Positions 19,325 through 28,221 of a stretch of DNA of 64,000 bases are shown piece by piece (within the stretch, counting starts at the first letter, position 1; every line of letters starts with the position of its first letter). The stretch is from an uncultured Candidatus Saccharibacteria bacterium. Its GTDB lineage: Bacteria; Patescibacteriota; Minisyncoccia; Phycocordibacterales; Zambryskibacteraceae. The stretch covers positions 325,387 through 389,386 of the forward strand of contig CAZXQA010000001.1 of NCBI GenBank assembly GCA_964642835.1, in the 5' to 3' direction. The position numbers and the translations under genes were made by a program. The notes beneath the pieces are model-generated. The model did not search any database. It had not been told where the DNA came from and was given only the letters and a program-made list of their open reading frames with translations.

Positions 19325-20079
19325 TCCCTCCTCGCTTCGATCATCATAAAGAGTGGAAATTCTTTGCGAGACTTGTCTTCAGCAACGCGGCGCGGGCCGT
19401 TCTGGCTCTGCTTGTGCGAAATCCATTCTTCGAGCTTTGTGATAGCGAACCCGTGTTTGAAAAGAGCTTTCGAGAAATCCTGAAGCGAGCGGTGGTACGA
19501 GACTGTGACCGGACTTCCCACTTGCCCTGGGTGGACGAGAAGTTCTGTGCGGCTCATAGAGAGGTACGAGTCGACACGACGGAATTGCACGCGCTTCTCT
19601 TCGTCATAGCCCCAATGTGTCGCTGTCGGAATGCGGAATGCTGGATGCATGATGACCAGGACGAGCCGCCCGTCCTTCTTCAACACTCTCGCCGCTTCGG
19701 CGAAGGTGCCATCCATGTCCTCAATATTCTGGATAGCGAGCACGATAGTGGCCGCGTCGAAGCTGCCTTCTTCTGCGAAGGAAAGGTTGTTGGCTGGTGC
19801 CACGTGGTATACCACTTCGTTGGAAGACAATTTCTTTGCCTCTTCAATAAGCTCCGCGGCGATATCCGCCCCTTCGACCAGAGCGCCCGTCTTTGCAAAC
19901 TCGCGCGAGAAGAATCCCTGCCCGCACGCAATATCGAGAAGCTTCTCCCCTTTCTTAAGCCCGAGCACGCGCACAAGCCCCGGCAAGATGACTTGCTTCT
20001 GATACGAATCTTCGGTGGTCTCAAGATACGCGTTATACCACTGAGCCGACTTCCCCCAGGAGGTGTTACTGTCCTTCAT
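19321..20079 (-). CDS. Class I SAM-dependent methyltransferase
   Basis: LLDIACGQG motif I, RVLKKDG, YHRSL...LEEW. Confidence 0.9.
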   Translation of the reverse strand: MKDSNTSWGKSAQWYNAYLETTEDSYQKQVILPGLVRVLGLKKGEKLLDIACGQGFFSREFAKTGALVEGADIAAELIEEAKKLSSNEVVYHVAPANNLSFAEEGSFDAATIVLAIQNIEDMDGTFAEAARVLKKDGRLVLVIMHPAFRIPTATHWGYDEEKRVQFRRVDSYLSMSRTELLVHPGQVGSPVTVSYHRSLQDFSKALFKHGFAITKLEEWISHKQSQNGPRRVAEDKSRKEFPLFMMIEARRD

Positions 20080-20497
20080 TGGAACACTCAATTATCCACT
20101 CGATCCCGTATTTGTCCCGGAACATGCCGGCGTAGGTACCCCACGGGCTACTCCCCATCGGACCCTCTACTTCCCCTTCGGCCGAAAGACCGTTAAACAA
20201 TCTCTCCGCTTCTTCTTTATTTTCCGTACGGATGACAATTTTGCTGCGGTTTTCGCGCTCATTTACTGGACCCATAAACGTGGGCACATCGTTGGCCATT
20301 AAGACGCTGCCGGTACCGATAGGCAGCGCAATATGCATAATTTTGTCTCCCTCATTTTCTGGCACGGGGAACTCGGCGCTCGCGAGATCTTTGAAACGAA
20401 TGATTTTTGTAAACTCGCCGCCAAAAACGGATTTGTAAAAGGTAAAGGCTTCTTCGGCATTGCCGTTGAAGTTAATCCAGGGGTGCATGGTGGTCAT
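20066..20497 (-). CDS. VOC/PhnB family protein
   Basis: PWINFNGNAEEAFTFYKSVFGG...IMH...DKYGIEW. Confidence 0.9.
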   Translation of the reverse strand: MTTMHPWINFNGNAEEAFTFYKSVFGGEFTKIIRFKDLASAEFPVPENEGDKIMHIALPIGTGSVLMANDVPTFMGPVNERENRSKIVIRTENKEEAERLFNGLSAEGEVEGPMGSSPWGTYAGMFRDKYGIEWIIECSNEGQ

Positions 20498-20527
20498 ACC
20501 ATGATCATACCAGATCGGACGCGAAGC

Positions 20528-20746
20528 TTAATCCTCGCGCCTAGCGTCGAACTCTTGTTGCATCCTTTCCATCCATTGCGTCCGATTCTCGCCCGTGCGC
20601 CTCTCCATATCGAGGATATGCACCTTATGCGCTTCGTCGCTCATCATGTGTGGCATCGCTTTCTCAAGTATTTCGATCAAGAACTCTCCCGAAAACTTTT
20701 TATCGCATATCCCTCCCAAATCTCGACAGGTAAAGGTTTTACTCAT
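20528..20746 (-). CDS. DUF1059-like small metal-binding protein
   Basis: KTFTCRDLGGICD...H...H pattern. Confidence 0.7.
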   Translation of the reverse strand: MSKTFTCRDLGGICDKKFSGEFLIEILEKAMPHMMSDEAHKVHILDMERRTGENRTQWMERMQQEFDARRED

Positions 20747-20880
20747 ATCTGCCATTATCACATGAAATAAAATATGTTTCTTAAAGATTCACCCGAGATA
20801 CCATTTACTCCTGTTCGATTCCTAGCTCAGACAAAGTCTGAAATCAAAAAAGACCCACACGAAGTGGATCTTTTTTGATT

Positions 20881-21635
20881 TGGCTCACTCTGGCAGACGA
20901 TTTTAGAACGGTAGATTGGCAAGTAGAGTACCCTTTTCCAACAATAGAGCTTGAGCAACTGAAAAATCTTTTATCCAGTTACTAGTCAAGACGATGTCGA
21001 TACACAAGCTGTCTTTCATCTTTTTGAGTATCGAAGTCCTTCAAAAACAATAGCTCTTCCAGTTCAAATTGTATCGGGAGAATATTGTTCTCAACAAATA
21101 TATTTACATCATCAGTAATTTCTTTGGGAATGTTGTAAACCATACTAAGGTGGGGAGTGTAGTTTTCTCCTTCCATTTCAGTGTTCTTTGTTTCAACTAA
21201 ATCACTCAAGAGTGTTATTAACTCATTGTGTAAATTTTTTAAATCCTGATTCATATTTATCTTTATATACAAGATATCTCCATATGCTGTACCAGGGAAA
21301 ATTCCTGTACTTGTGCAATCAATTTGAATCTTTTTACTCAAAGACAGCTCTTTAATTTTCTTCACCACATCTTCTTCAGAAATTCCCGGCTTGAGATAAA
21401 AAGTTCTCTTGATTGCATAGTGTGCGTTATCCTTCAAGACATAATGTTCGGGAATTTCTGTAGTATCAAAAGACAAATTAAATTGCTTCTTCAAATTTAG
21501 TAGAGCTTCCTGTATAGGTTGCGGGGCGATTCCTACAATAGTAAATTTTGGTTTTTCCATATGTATATATTACCAAGTTCGAAACAGGTTTATGGTAACA
21601 AAAAATCACCTTGCTAAATAAGGTGATTTTAGGGG
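20881..21635. mobile_element. Putative non-autonomous mini-island integrated at the tRNA-Asn 3' end
   Basis: AT-rich block; distal GAGCCA (minus strand) with terminator 20841-20881 and anti-T-arm copy 20813-20826; startless frame WLTLADDFRTVDW at 20881-20985. Confidence 0.55.
20982..21560 (-). CDS. 2H phosphoesterase / 2'-5' RNA ligase family protein (low GC)
   Basis: Two 2H-type motifs (HYAIK, degenerate; YTPHLSM); markedly AT-rich. Confidence 0.75.
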   Translation of the reverse strand: MEKPKFTIVGIAPQPIQEALLNLKKQFNLSFDTTEIPEHYVLKDNAHYAIKRTFYLKPGISEEDVVKKIKELSLSKKIQIDCTSTGIFPGTAYGDILYIKINMNQDLKNLHNELITLLSDLVETKNTEMEGENYTPHLSMVYNIPKEITDDVNIFVENNILPIQFELEELLFLKDFDTQKDERQLVYRHRLD

Positions 21636-21708
21636 CTCTGCGGCTAGGGATCGAACCTAGGACATCCTCGTTAACAGCGAGGCGCTCTACCAGCTGAGCT
21701 ACCGCAGA
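21636..21708 (-). tRNA. tRNA-Asn(GTT)
   Basis: TCTGCGG...CCGCAGA-G, anticodon arm CCTCG-CTGTTAA-CGAGG. Confidence 0.95.
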
Positions 21709-21799
21709 ATACTTCGAAATCATACCAAAAAAGCCTGCTTTGACAACCCTCAACCCGCAGCGTAGTGTGGCCCAAGGTCCGCACAACAAGGAGAGCCTT

Positions 21800-22189
21800 A
21801 TGGCTGAGATGTCGTATTTGGAGCCACGCAACCAAGTCATCCAGTTCCTCACCAGAGCCGGTATTTTCGGAAAGTCACGTGGAAGCGACCGAGAAGTTGT
21901 TGATATTCTCAAGGGCCTGATGGAGCCACTTCAGAACGGCGTCGCACTCCAGAAGCTCGAAGGAAAGACGCACCTCATCCAGTACAGTCCGCACTGCCCT
22001 CACCCCTACCTCATCCGGATGGTGGGAAAGGGCCAGGGCAAGCTCGACTTGCTGCCCTACCCAGACTCCCTCAAGCTTTCCCAGCCGCCCTTCACCCAAG
22101 ACATCATCGGCAGCGGCGAAACATTCGCCGAAGCCGTCGACGCCGTCATGAGAGAGCACCGGAGGGCGTACCCGCCCGCAGAGACGTGA
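21800..22189 (+). CDS. Orphan hypothetical protein (cassette)
   Basis: TTGACA...TAGTGT promoter, AAGGAG SD before MAEMSY, terminator 22196-22230. Confidence 0.7.
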   Translation: MAEMSYLEPRNQVIQFLTRAGIFGKSRGSDREVVDILKGLMEPLQNGVALQKLEGKTHLIQYSPHCPHPYLIRMVGKGQGKLDLLPYPDSLKLSQPPFTQDIIGSGETFAEAVDAVMREHRRAYPPAET

Positions 22190-22282
22190 GTTTCCCCGCC
22201 GTAGCCGAAAGGCTACGGCGGTTTCTTTTTATCTTTTATTCCGTCTATAATTGAATCGGTTTTACCATATAACTCACCCACC

Positions 22283-22678
22283 ATGAACCCTGTTGTCCAC
22301 TTTGAAATGTCTTACGCCGACCGAGACCGCGTCGCTCTCTTTTATCAGAAAACCTTCAATTGGCACATGCAGATGCTTGGTCCGGAAATGGGCGAATACG
22401 TTGTCGCGCATACGAGCGAGACTGACGCCAAGGGCATGATCCAGAAGCCGGGCATGATTAACGGCGGCTTTTATAAGAAGCAGCCTAAGGAAGAATTCAA
22501 CGTCCCTTCCGTCGTGATCGCCGTCGACAGTGTCGAGGATACGATTACAAAAATAGAAAAGAATGGCGGCAAGGTTGTGAACCAACCCATGGACATCCCC
22601 GGTATCGGTCGCTACGCGAGCTTCGTCGACACGGAAGGTAACCGCGCAAGCATCCTGAAACCTGAACGGCCGATGTAA
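22283..22678 (+). CDS. VOC/glyoxalase family protein
   Basis: VVHFE...FYQKTFNW...GMINGG...FVDTEGN. Confidence 0.9.
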   Translation: MNPVVHFEMSYADRDRVALFYQKTFNWHMQMLGPEMGEYVVAHTSETDAKGMIQKPGMINGGFYKKQPKEEFNVPSVVIAVDSVEDTITKIEKNGGKVVNQPMDIPGIGRYASFVDTEGNRASILKPERPM

Positions 22679-23050
22679 CTATCCCCTCTTCCCTCCGAGA
22701 AACGCGAGCGCGGCCGTCGCTAGAGCGAGACCATAGTCGCGGATACCCGTCGCTACAAAGCCGAAACCAGAGGCGATAACGAACAAATGGAGGGAGAGAA
22801 TGGCCGCGACAGGCGTGACCCAGAAGCCGAGCGCGAGCAGAGTGCCCAAGACCACTTCCATAACTCCGTTAGCGAGCACGAGCACGGCTGGTGAGAGGTG
22901 CGAGAGAGTGGTCGCCCATTCTGGGACGATTCTCACCCAGCTCGCACCGTCAAAGAGCTGCGAGAAGCCAAAGAAGAGATAGACGCCAGCGAGTCCGAGG
23001 CGTAACACGATCATGCCGATCTGTTCCCTGTTGCGTGTGATGGATTCCAT
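22679..23050 (-). CDS. DoxX family membrane protein
   Basis: LRLGLA...FG...E...G..LALG...IRDYGL. Confidence 0.82.
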   Translation of the reverse strand: MESITRNREQIGMIVLRLGLAGVYLFFGFSQLFDGASWVRIVPEWATTLSHLSPAVLVLANGVMEVVLGTLLALGFWVTPVAAILSLHLFVIASGFGFVATGIRDYGLALATAALAFLGGKRG

Positions 23051-23059
23051 AGAGAGAAA

Positions 23060-23425
23060 TTACTTGGCGAGAAGGCCAATCTTAAAGCCGGTAAGGACGG
23101 AGAGCACCATGCCGCTGCCGCCGTGCTGAGCATTGAACTTCGCCGATCCATCGGTGCCGCAGAGCTGGGCAATAGCCCCCGCCCCACCAGGGTGCTTCGG
23201 AATCCAGCCAGTGAGGTCGTAGATGGAGCCGTTGATAACTGCCCAGCAACTCATGCGAGAGTTGTGTGACGCTACTTCACTCATCGTCATGCCGGAAGGA
23301 ATAGAAGGAGCGATTGGTGTGCCAGAAACGGGAGCATTAATCTTGTCCTGCTTCTGCATGTACACGAAGACACCAATAAGAATAATGATGGCCACACCAA
23401 TCAAGGGTACGATTTTATTGTTCAT
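23060..23425 (-). CDS. Membrane-anchored cytochrome b5-like heme-binding protein
   Basis: EVASHNSRMSCWAVINGSIYDLT..IPKHPGG...CGTDGS...QH. Confidence 0.9.
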   Translation of the reverse strand: MNNKIVPLIGVAIIILIGVFVYMQKQDKINAPVSGTPIAPSIPSGMTMSEVASHNSRMSCWAVINGSIYDLTGWIPKHPGGAGAIAQLCGTDGSAKFNAQHGGSGMVLSVLTGFKIGLLAK

Positions 23426-23478
23426 GGCGTCATTATATCACGTGGCTATATACTGAAACATAAGCCAACAATAATTAT

Positions 23479-23973
23479 ATGATGCAAAAAATTACCCCGT
23501 TCCTCTGGTTCGATCGCAATTGTGAAGAGGCCGTGAACTTCTACGTCTCCGTCTTTAAGAATTCAAAGATTGTGACGATCAAACACTACCCAAGCGGCAT
23601 TACGGAGGGTCCGATGGCAGGCTTCGATGGCAAAGTCCTCACGGCCGTCTTTGAACTCGAAGGCCAGCGCTTCATGGCGCTCGATGGCGGACCGGTCTTC
23701 TCTCCCAACAACAGTGCCACCTCCATGCTCATTGAATGCGCGGACCAAGCCGAGATCGACCACTACTGGGAGAAATTGACCGAAGGTGGCGACCCGCAAG
23801 CCCAGCAGTGCGGCTGGCTCAAGGATAAATTCGGTTTCTCGTGGCAGGTCTCACCTCAAATGGAAAAGTGGTTGAACGGCGCAGACAAAGCCGGCTCTGC
23901 TCGCGCCATGCAGGCCATGCTCGGCATGAAGAAGATCGTCATTGCCGATCTCGAGAAGGCGTATCAGGGTTAA
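23479..23973 (+). CDS. VOC/PhnB-like (3-demethylubiquinone-9 methyltransferase-like) protein
   Basis: QKITPFLWF, ALDGGP, QCGWLKDKFGFSWQ, MKKI. Confidence 0.9.
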   Translation: MMQKITPFLWFDRNCEEAVNFYVSVFKNSKIVTIKHYPSGITEGPMAGFDGKVLTAVFELEGQRFMALDGGPVFSPNNSATSMLIECADQAEIDHYWEKLTEGGDPQAQQCGWLKDKFGFSWQVSPQMEKWLNGADKAGSARAMQAMLGMKKIVIADLEKAYQG

Positions 23974-24019
23974 GAAGTATGTAAAAACCGCCGCGAGCTC
24001 TGCCTCGCGGCGGTTTTGT

Positions 24020-24718
24020 CTACTTGAACTTCGTCTCGGCGTACTTACCGAGAAGCTTCCGGGCAAATTGGCGCTCATGCTTCGGTACGATGACCGTGAG
24101 CGGCACGCTGACCGGATAGGTTTCGAAAAGATCAAACTGCACAGTCGTGTCAACACGTCCGGACAGTCGCGTGAATTCGTCAGGGATGAGACCGAGACTT
24201 CTGAGTCCCTCTTTGAACCCGCCGTTAGTGAGCGGATACACGTCGCGGCACTTCAGGTTGACCGTCTCCACACCCAAGTGCCCCATGACACTCTTGGTTG
24301 AATGTGGGTGGACATCCTTCCAAGCCTTAATGAGGGAGATATCGACTGCCAACCCCCACTTCACACTGGCCGCCAGGTACTGGTGTACATCTGGGGCTTC
24401 TATGTGAGGCTTCAAGGCGGAGCGACGTTTGCCGTCCTCACCCTTTTCACCTGGATTGTCATAGGAGAAGAGGAAGTACCAGGCCCGATCGAAGGGAAAG
24501 GCGGCCATCCGCTCGTAACCCTCGATCTGCTCGGTGCTTAAGCGGAATCCGTAAGAGGATTGATAGCCCGAAGACTTCACCTCAACCACCAGGGACTCAT
24601 TCCAAAGCGTCAGATCCCCATGTTCGTCCCGCAACAATTCTCCGCCGATGATCCGGTGCGTTAGTTCTTCGAAAAATTGCCCGACGTAGGTATTCTTACT
24701 TCCAGGGATTGGCTCCAC
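24020..24718 (-). CDS. Orphan PD-(D/E)XK nuclease-fold protein (cassette)
   Basis: GQFFEE...GDL...VEVKSS catalytic-like pattern; GGAGG SD with GTG start; terminator 23984-24017. Confidence 0.6.
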   Translation of the reverse strand: MEPIPGSKNTYVGQFFEELTHRIIGGELLRDEHGDLTLWNESLVVEVKSSGYQSSYGFRLSTEQIEGYERMAAFPFDRAWYFLFSYDNPGEKGEDGKRRSALKPHIEAPDVHQYLAASVKWGLAVDISLIKAWKDVHPHSTKSVMGHLGVETVNLKCRDVYPLTNGGFKEGLRSLGLIPDEFTRLSGRVDTTVQFDLFETYPVSVPLTVIVPKHERQFARKLLGKYAETKFK

Positions 24719-24813
24719 AAAACCTCCAAGGAACTTGTGACCTGGTGCTAGTGTATCACGTGCCTTTCCCCAACTTAAAACTCCCCGCCATGGCGGGGAG
24801 TTTTAGATCGAGC

Positions 24814-24987
24814 TTAACTCTTGGAAGCCCTCGCCTTATCTTCTGAGGCGTCGGCCTTTTCGTTGGCGTCGTCGGCTCTCACCTTAGCGGCGTCAGCTTC
24901 CTTGCGGTCAGCATCGGCAGCCGAGGCATCGGCTTCTTCGCGGGCATCAGCGGCCTTATTTTCAGCGTCTTGGACTTTGTCGGACAT
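24814..24987 (-). CDS. Small Ala/Asp/Lys-rich hydrophilic protein
   Basis: MSDKVQDAENKAADAREEADA...; own terminator 24777-24804. Confidence 0.6.
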   Translation of the reverse strand: MSDKVQDAENKAADAREEADASAADADRKEADAAKVRADDANEKADASEDKARASKS

Positions 24988-25092
24988 GGATATTTGGTTA
25001 AGGACTAACACTATATAAGACGAAGGAGGACTTTAAATACTTTCCAAACAAAAAGGGCGTCCGAGTATATCGAGGCGCCCTTTTTGAATTAT

Positions 25093-25224
25093 TTATTTGC
25101 CCGCTTCCTTGTTCATGGCGCCATGTGTAGCCTCTCCTTCCTTCTTCACTGGCTCAACAGGCTTCTGCTTGTCTTCGTGAGTACCCGGAACCTTCTGTTC
25201 TGTGTCTTTGTTTTGGTCTTGCAT
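25093..25224 (-). CDS. 43-aa hydrophilic protein
   Basis: MQDQNKDTEQKVPGTHEDKQK...; own terminator 25051-25085. Confidence 0.5.
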   Translation of the reverse strand: MQDQNKDTEQKVPGTHEDKQKPVEPVKKEGEATHGAMNKEAGK

Positions 25225-25363
25225 ATACACAATGACGGAGCGCGGGGTGGAATCTGACAAGGAAGAAGTTATCCACCGCAATCCCCACCTTATGCACAGA
25301 ATTGTTCGACAGAGTGGCTTGACCGACAAACTCCTTCCGCGCCAAAGGTGATAAAATAATGGC

Positions 25364-25903
25364 ATGAAGAAATTCCTCCTTATCATCGTTCTCATCGCTC
25401 TCGCTATCTTCTTCTATCTCTGGCACGCGGGCGCGCCGCAAGAAGCGGAAAATATTGAGATCCCAACGGGAACCACCTTCCACCCAGATGCTTCCTCGGC
25501 AGCCTTCACGATTGAGGGCGACAAGATTACGCTCTCCAAAGGCGAGAACGAAACGACCGATGACAACGGCTTCGTATCCGAGACCAAACTTCTCGACGAG
25601 CGAGCTCTCGGTGATTTGAATAACGATGGCAAAGAGGATGTCGTCGTCCTTCTCTCTCAGTCCGGCGGCGGCTCTGGCACCTTTATCTACGTCGCGGCCT
25701 ATGTCTCGGGTCCTGTCTCATATAAAGGAAGCGAAGCCATCTTCCTCGGTGACCGCATTGCCCCTCAGGCTGTTTCTATTACCAACGGAGTCGCCACCGT
25801 GAAATTCCTCGATCGCAAAGAGAACGAACCTTTCGCCGCCGAGCCAACCGTCTCCGTTTCCAAACAGTTCATCTTCAAAAGCGGCGCCTTTGTGGAAAAG
25901 TAG
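25364..25903 (+). CDS. Membrane-anchored secreted protein
   Basis: N-terminal TM; GDLNNDGKED Ca-binding-like loop, GGSGTFIY, LGDRI. Confidence 0.8.
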   Translation: MKKFLLIIVLIALAIFFYLWHAGAPQEAENIEIPTGTTFHPDASSAAFTIEGDKITLSKGENETTDDNGFVSETKLLDERALGDLNNDGKEDVVVLLSQSGGGSGTFIYVAAYVSGPVSYKGSEAIFLGDRIAPQAVSITNGVATVKFLDRKENEPFAAEPTVSVSKQFIFKSGAFVEK

Positions 25904-25919
25904 CCTCATTTAGAGCTAC

Positions 25920-25962
25920 TTGACTTTTATACTCTTTTGTGCTAGTATTAAAGAAGGAGGTT
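25920..25962 (+). promoter_or_regulatory. Promoter with SD, near-copy of 359-401
   Basis: TTGACTTTTATACTCTTTTGTGCTAGTATTAAAGAAGGAGGTT. Confidence 0.75.
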
Positions 25963-25967
25963 AGCTC

Positions 25968-26258
25968 GTGGCTGACAAAAGACAGGAATTTAGCTTGACC
26001 GAAGGAGCGTTTCAACACGCTCAGGTCGAGGTCTACCCGTACCGGACAGCCTATGTCACAGAGCCTTTTCTCACGCTTCCTCGCAACATGATGCGGGAGT
26101 TTGAGGACAAGCTCGTTGAGAAGGCCGGGCAACACAACCGTAGCAACCACGTTGTCTACGAGGTGACACTCGACCTCGGCATGACCTACGAACAGAAGGT
26201 CTACATCTGGTGCCATGACTTCGTCATGATGTTCGGATGGGGCATGCACGAAACGTAG
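25968..26258 (+). CDS. Orphan hypothetical protein (cassette)
   Basis: AAGGAGG SD, GTG start, terminator 26265-26310. Confidence 0.7.
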   Translation: MADKRQEFSLTEGAFQHAQVEVYPYRTAYVTEPFLTLPRNMMREFEDKLVEKAGQHNRSNHVVYEVTLDLGMTYEQKVYIWCHDFVMMFGWGMHET

Positions 26259-26363
26259 AACTCGGCCCCGCACAACTGAAGCCTCGTGCTTCCGGTTGTG
26301 CGGGGCTTTGTTGTTTGTAAATGCTTTAAAATTGTGTTTTAATAGCCGTTCATCTCTTCACAC

Positions 26364-28148
26364 ATGGAAATTCGCAACATCGCTATTATCGCTCACGTGG
26401 ACCACGGCAAGACAACCCTTACCGACGCTCTTTTGCGTCAGAACGGCATGTTTGCCGAAGGTGAGAGTATGGACTCGAACGACCTCGAAAAGGAGCGCGG
26501 TATTACGATCTACTCCAAGAACACTTCCCTTTTCTATAAAGACACAAAGATCAACATCGTCGACACCCCGGGCCACTCCGACTTCGGCTCCGAGGTAGAA
26601 CGCGTGCTCCGTTCGATCGACACCGTGCTTCTCATCGTCGACGCCCAGGAAGGTCCAATGCCGCAGACTCGCTTCGTATTGAAGAAGTCTCTTGAACTGG
26701 GTTTGAAGCCGATCGTCGTCATCAACAAGATCGACAAGCCAGCCTCCCGCCCTGATTGGGTGCACGAAGCGGTGCTCGAACTCTTCCTCGAACTCGGCGC
26801 GAACAACGACCAGATCGAATTCCCTACCATCTTTGCCATCGGCCGCGAAGGCGTCGCCATGAGAAAGATTGACGACGAGCGCAAGGACCTCTCCCCACTC
26901 CTTGATCTCGTCCTCGAACACGTCCCACCAGCTCCTCAGAATCTCACTGTCCCAGTCCGCCTCCAGCCTTTCAACTTGGCCTATGACAACTTCCTCGGAC
27001 GCATGGCCATCGCTCGCGTGTATGAAGGAGTATTGAAGGACGGTCAGGAAGTATTTGTAAAGCAGCAGAAAGGTGGCAGCTTCAAGGGCAAAATCATCAA
27101 GCTCTTCACCTTCGAAGGTATTAAGCGCAAAGAATCACCAGAAGCTATCGCCGGTGACATCGTTATGTTGGCCGGTCTGCCAGAAATCTTCATCGGCGAC
27201 ACTATTATGGCCGATCAGAACGGCGAGGCTCTCCCTGCTATTAACGTCGATGAGCCGACCATCTCCCTTAACTTCCTCGTTAACAACTCTCCTTTCGCCG
27301 GTAAGGACGGCAAGTTCGTCACTGGTCGCCAGATTCGCGAGCGCCTCGAAAAGGAACTTGAGATCAACGTGGGATTGAAGGTCGACTTCGGCACCTCCGA
27401 GTATTACACCGTCTACGGTCGCGGCGAACTCCACATCGCCATCCTCTGCGAGAACATGCGTCGTGAAGGTTTCGAACTCCAGGTCTCTCAGCCGAAAGTT
27501 ATTATCAAGGAAGAAAATGGCGAGAAGACAGAGCCGTTTGAAGAAGTGGTGATCGACGTGCCGGAAGAAATGAGCGGCAGCGTTATCTCCACTCTCACCC
27601 CACGCAAGGCGCAACTTATGGATATGAAGAGTGAGAACGGCGCCACCCGCCTTATCTTCGAAGCCCCGACCCGTGGTCTCTTGGGCTTCCGTGGTGAATT
27701 CGTCGTTATGACGAAGGGCTTGGGCATCTTCTCCTCCCGCTTTATCGGTTTCAAGCCGCACGTTGGCGCCATTGAGAGACACGACGTGGGCGCCATGATC
27801 TCCATGGAACCGGGCAAGTGCCTCGCCTTCGCGCTCGACAACCTCCAGCAGCGCGGCACACTCTATGTGGAACCGGGTGATGAAGTGTATGCCGGTCAGG
27901 TCGTTGGTAACTCCTCGAAGGGCGAAGACATGTATGTAAACCCGACCAAGGGTAAGCAGCTCACGAACATGCGTGCTTCCGGCTCTGACGACAAGGCGTA
28001 CCTCGCCCCTGCCTACAAGCTCGACATCGAACGCGCCATGGAAATCATGAACGAAGACGAATACATCGAGATCACTCCAAACTTCGTCCGCCTCCGCAAG
28101 GTCTACCTCACTCAGACCGACCGCGCCAAAGCCAACCGCAAGGGTTAG
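26364..28148 (+). CDS. typA: Translational GTPase TypA/BipA
   Basis: IRNIAIIAHVDHGKTT, ERGITI, DTPGH, NKID, GRGELH, KQLTNMRASG. Confidence 0.97.
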   Translation: MEIRNIAIIAHVDHGKTTLTDALLRQNGMFAEGESMDSNDLEKERGITIYSKNTSLFYKDTKINIVDTPGHSDFGSEVERVLRSIDTVLLIVDAQEGPMPQTRFVLKKSLELGLKPIVVINKIDKPASRPDWVHEAVLELFLELGANNDQIEFPTIFAIGREGVAMRKIDDERKDLSPLLDLVLEHVPPAPQNLTVPVRLQPFNLAYDNFLGRMAIARVYEGVLKDGQEVFVKQQKGGSFKGKIIKLFTFEGIKRKESPEAIAGDIVMLAGLPEIFIGDTIMADQNGEALPAINVDEPTISLNFLVNNSPFAGKDGKFVTGRQIRERLEKELEINVGLKVDFGTSEYYTVYGRGELHIAILCENMRREGFELQVSQPKVIIKEENGEKTEPFEEVVIDVPEEMSGSVISTLTPRKAQLMDMKSENGATRLIFEAPTRGLLGFRGEFVVMTKGLGIFSSRFIGFKPHVGAIERHDVGAMISMEPGKCLAFALDNLQQRGTLYVEPGDEVYAGQVVGNSSKGEDMYVNPTKGKQLTNMRASGSDDKAYLAPAYKLDIERAMEIMNEDEYIEITPNFVRLRKVYLTQTDRAKANRKG

Positions 28149-28221
28149 AAGATTTGAAATAAACTCCGAGTTCTACTACTCTAGTACGTGGGACAGTAAC
28201 TTTCTAGAAAAGGGAGATGAC

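Noticed and set aside
19009-20196. 395-aa plus-strand ORF
   Set aside because: It overlaps three recognisable genes (YdeI, methyltransferase, VOC); shadow frame.
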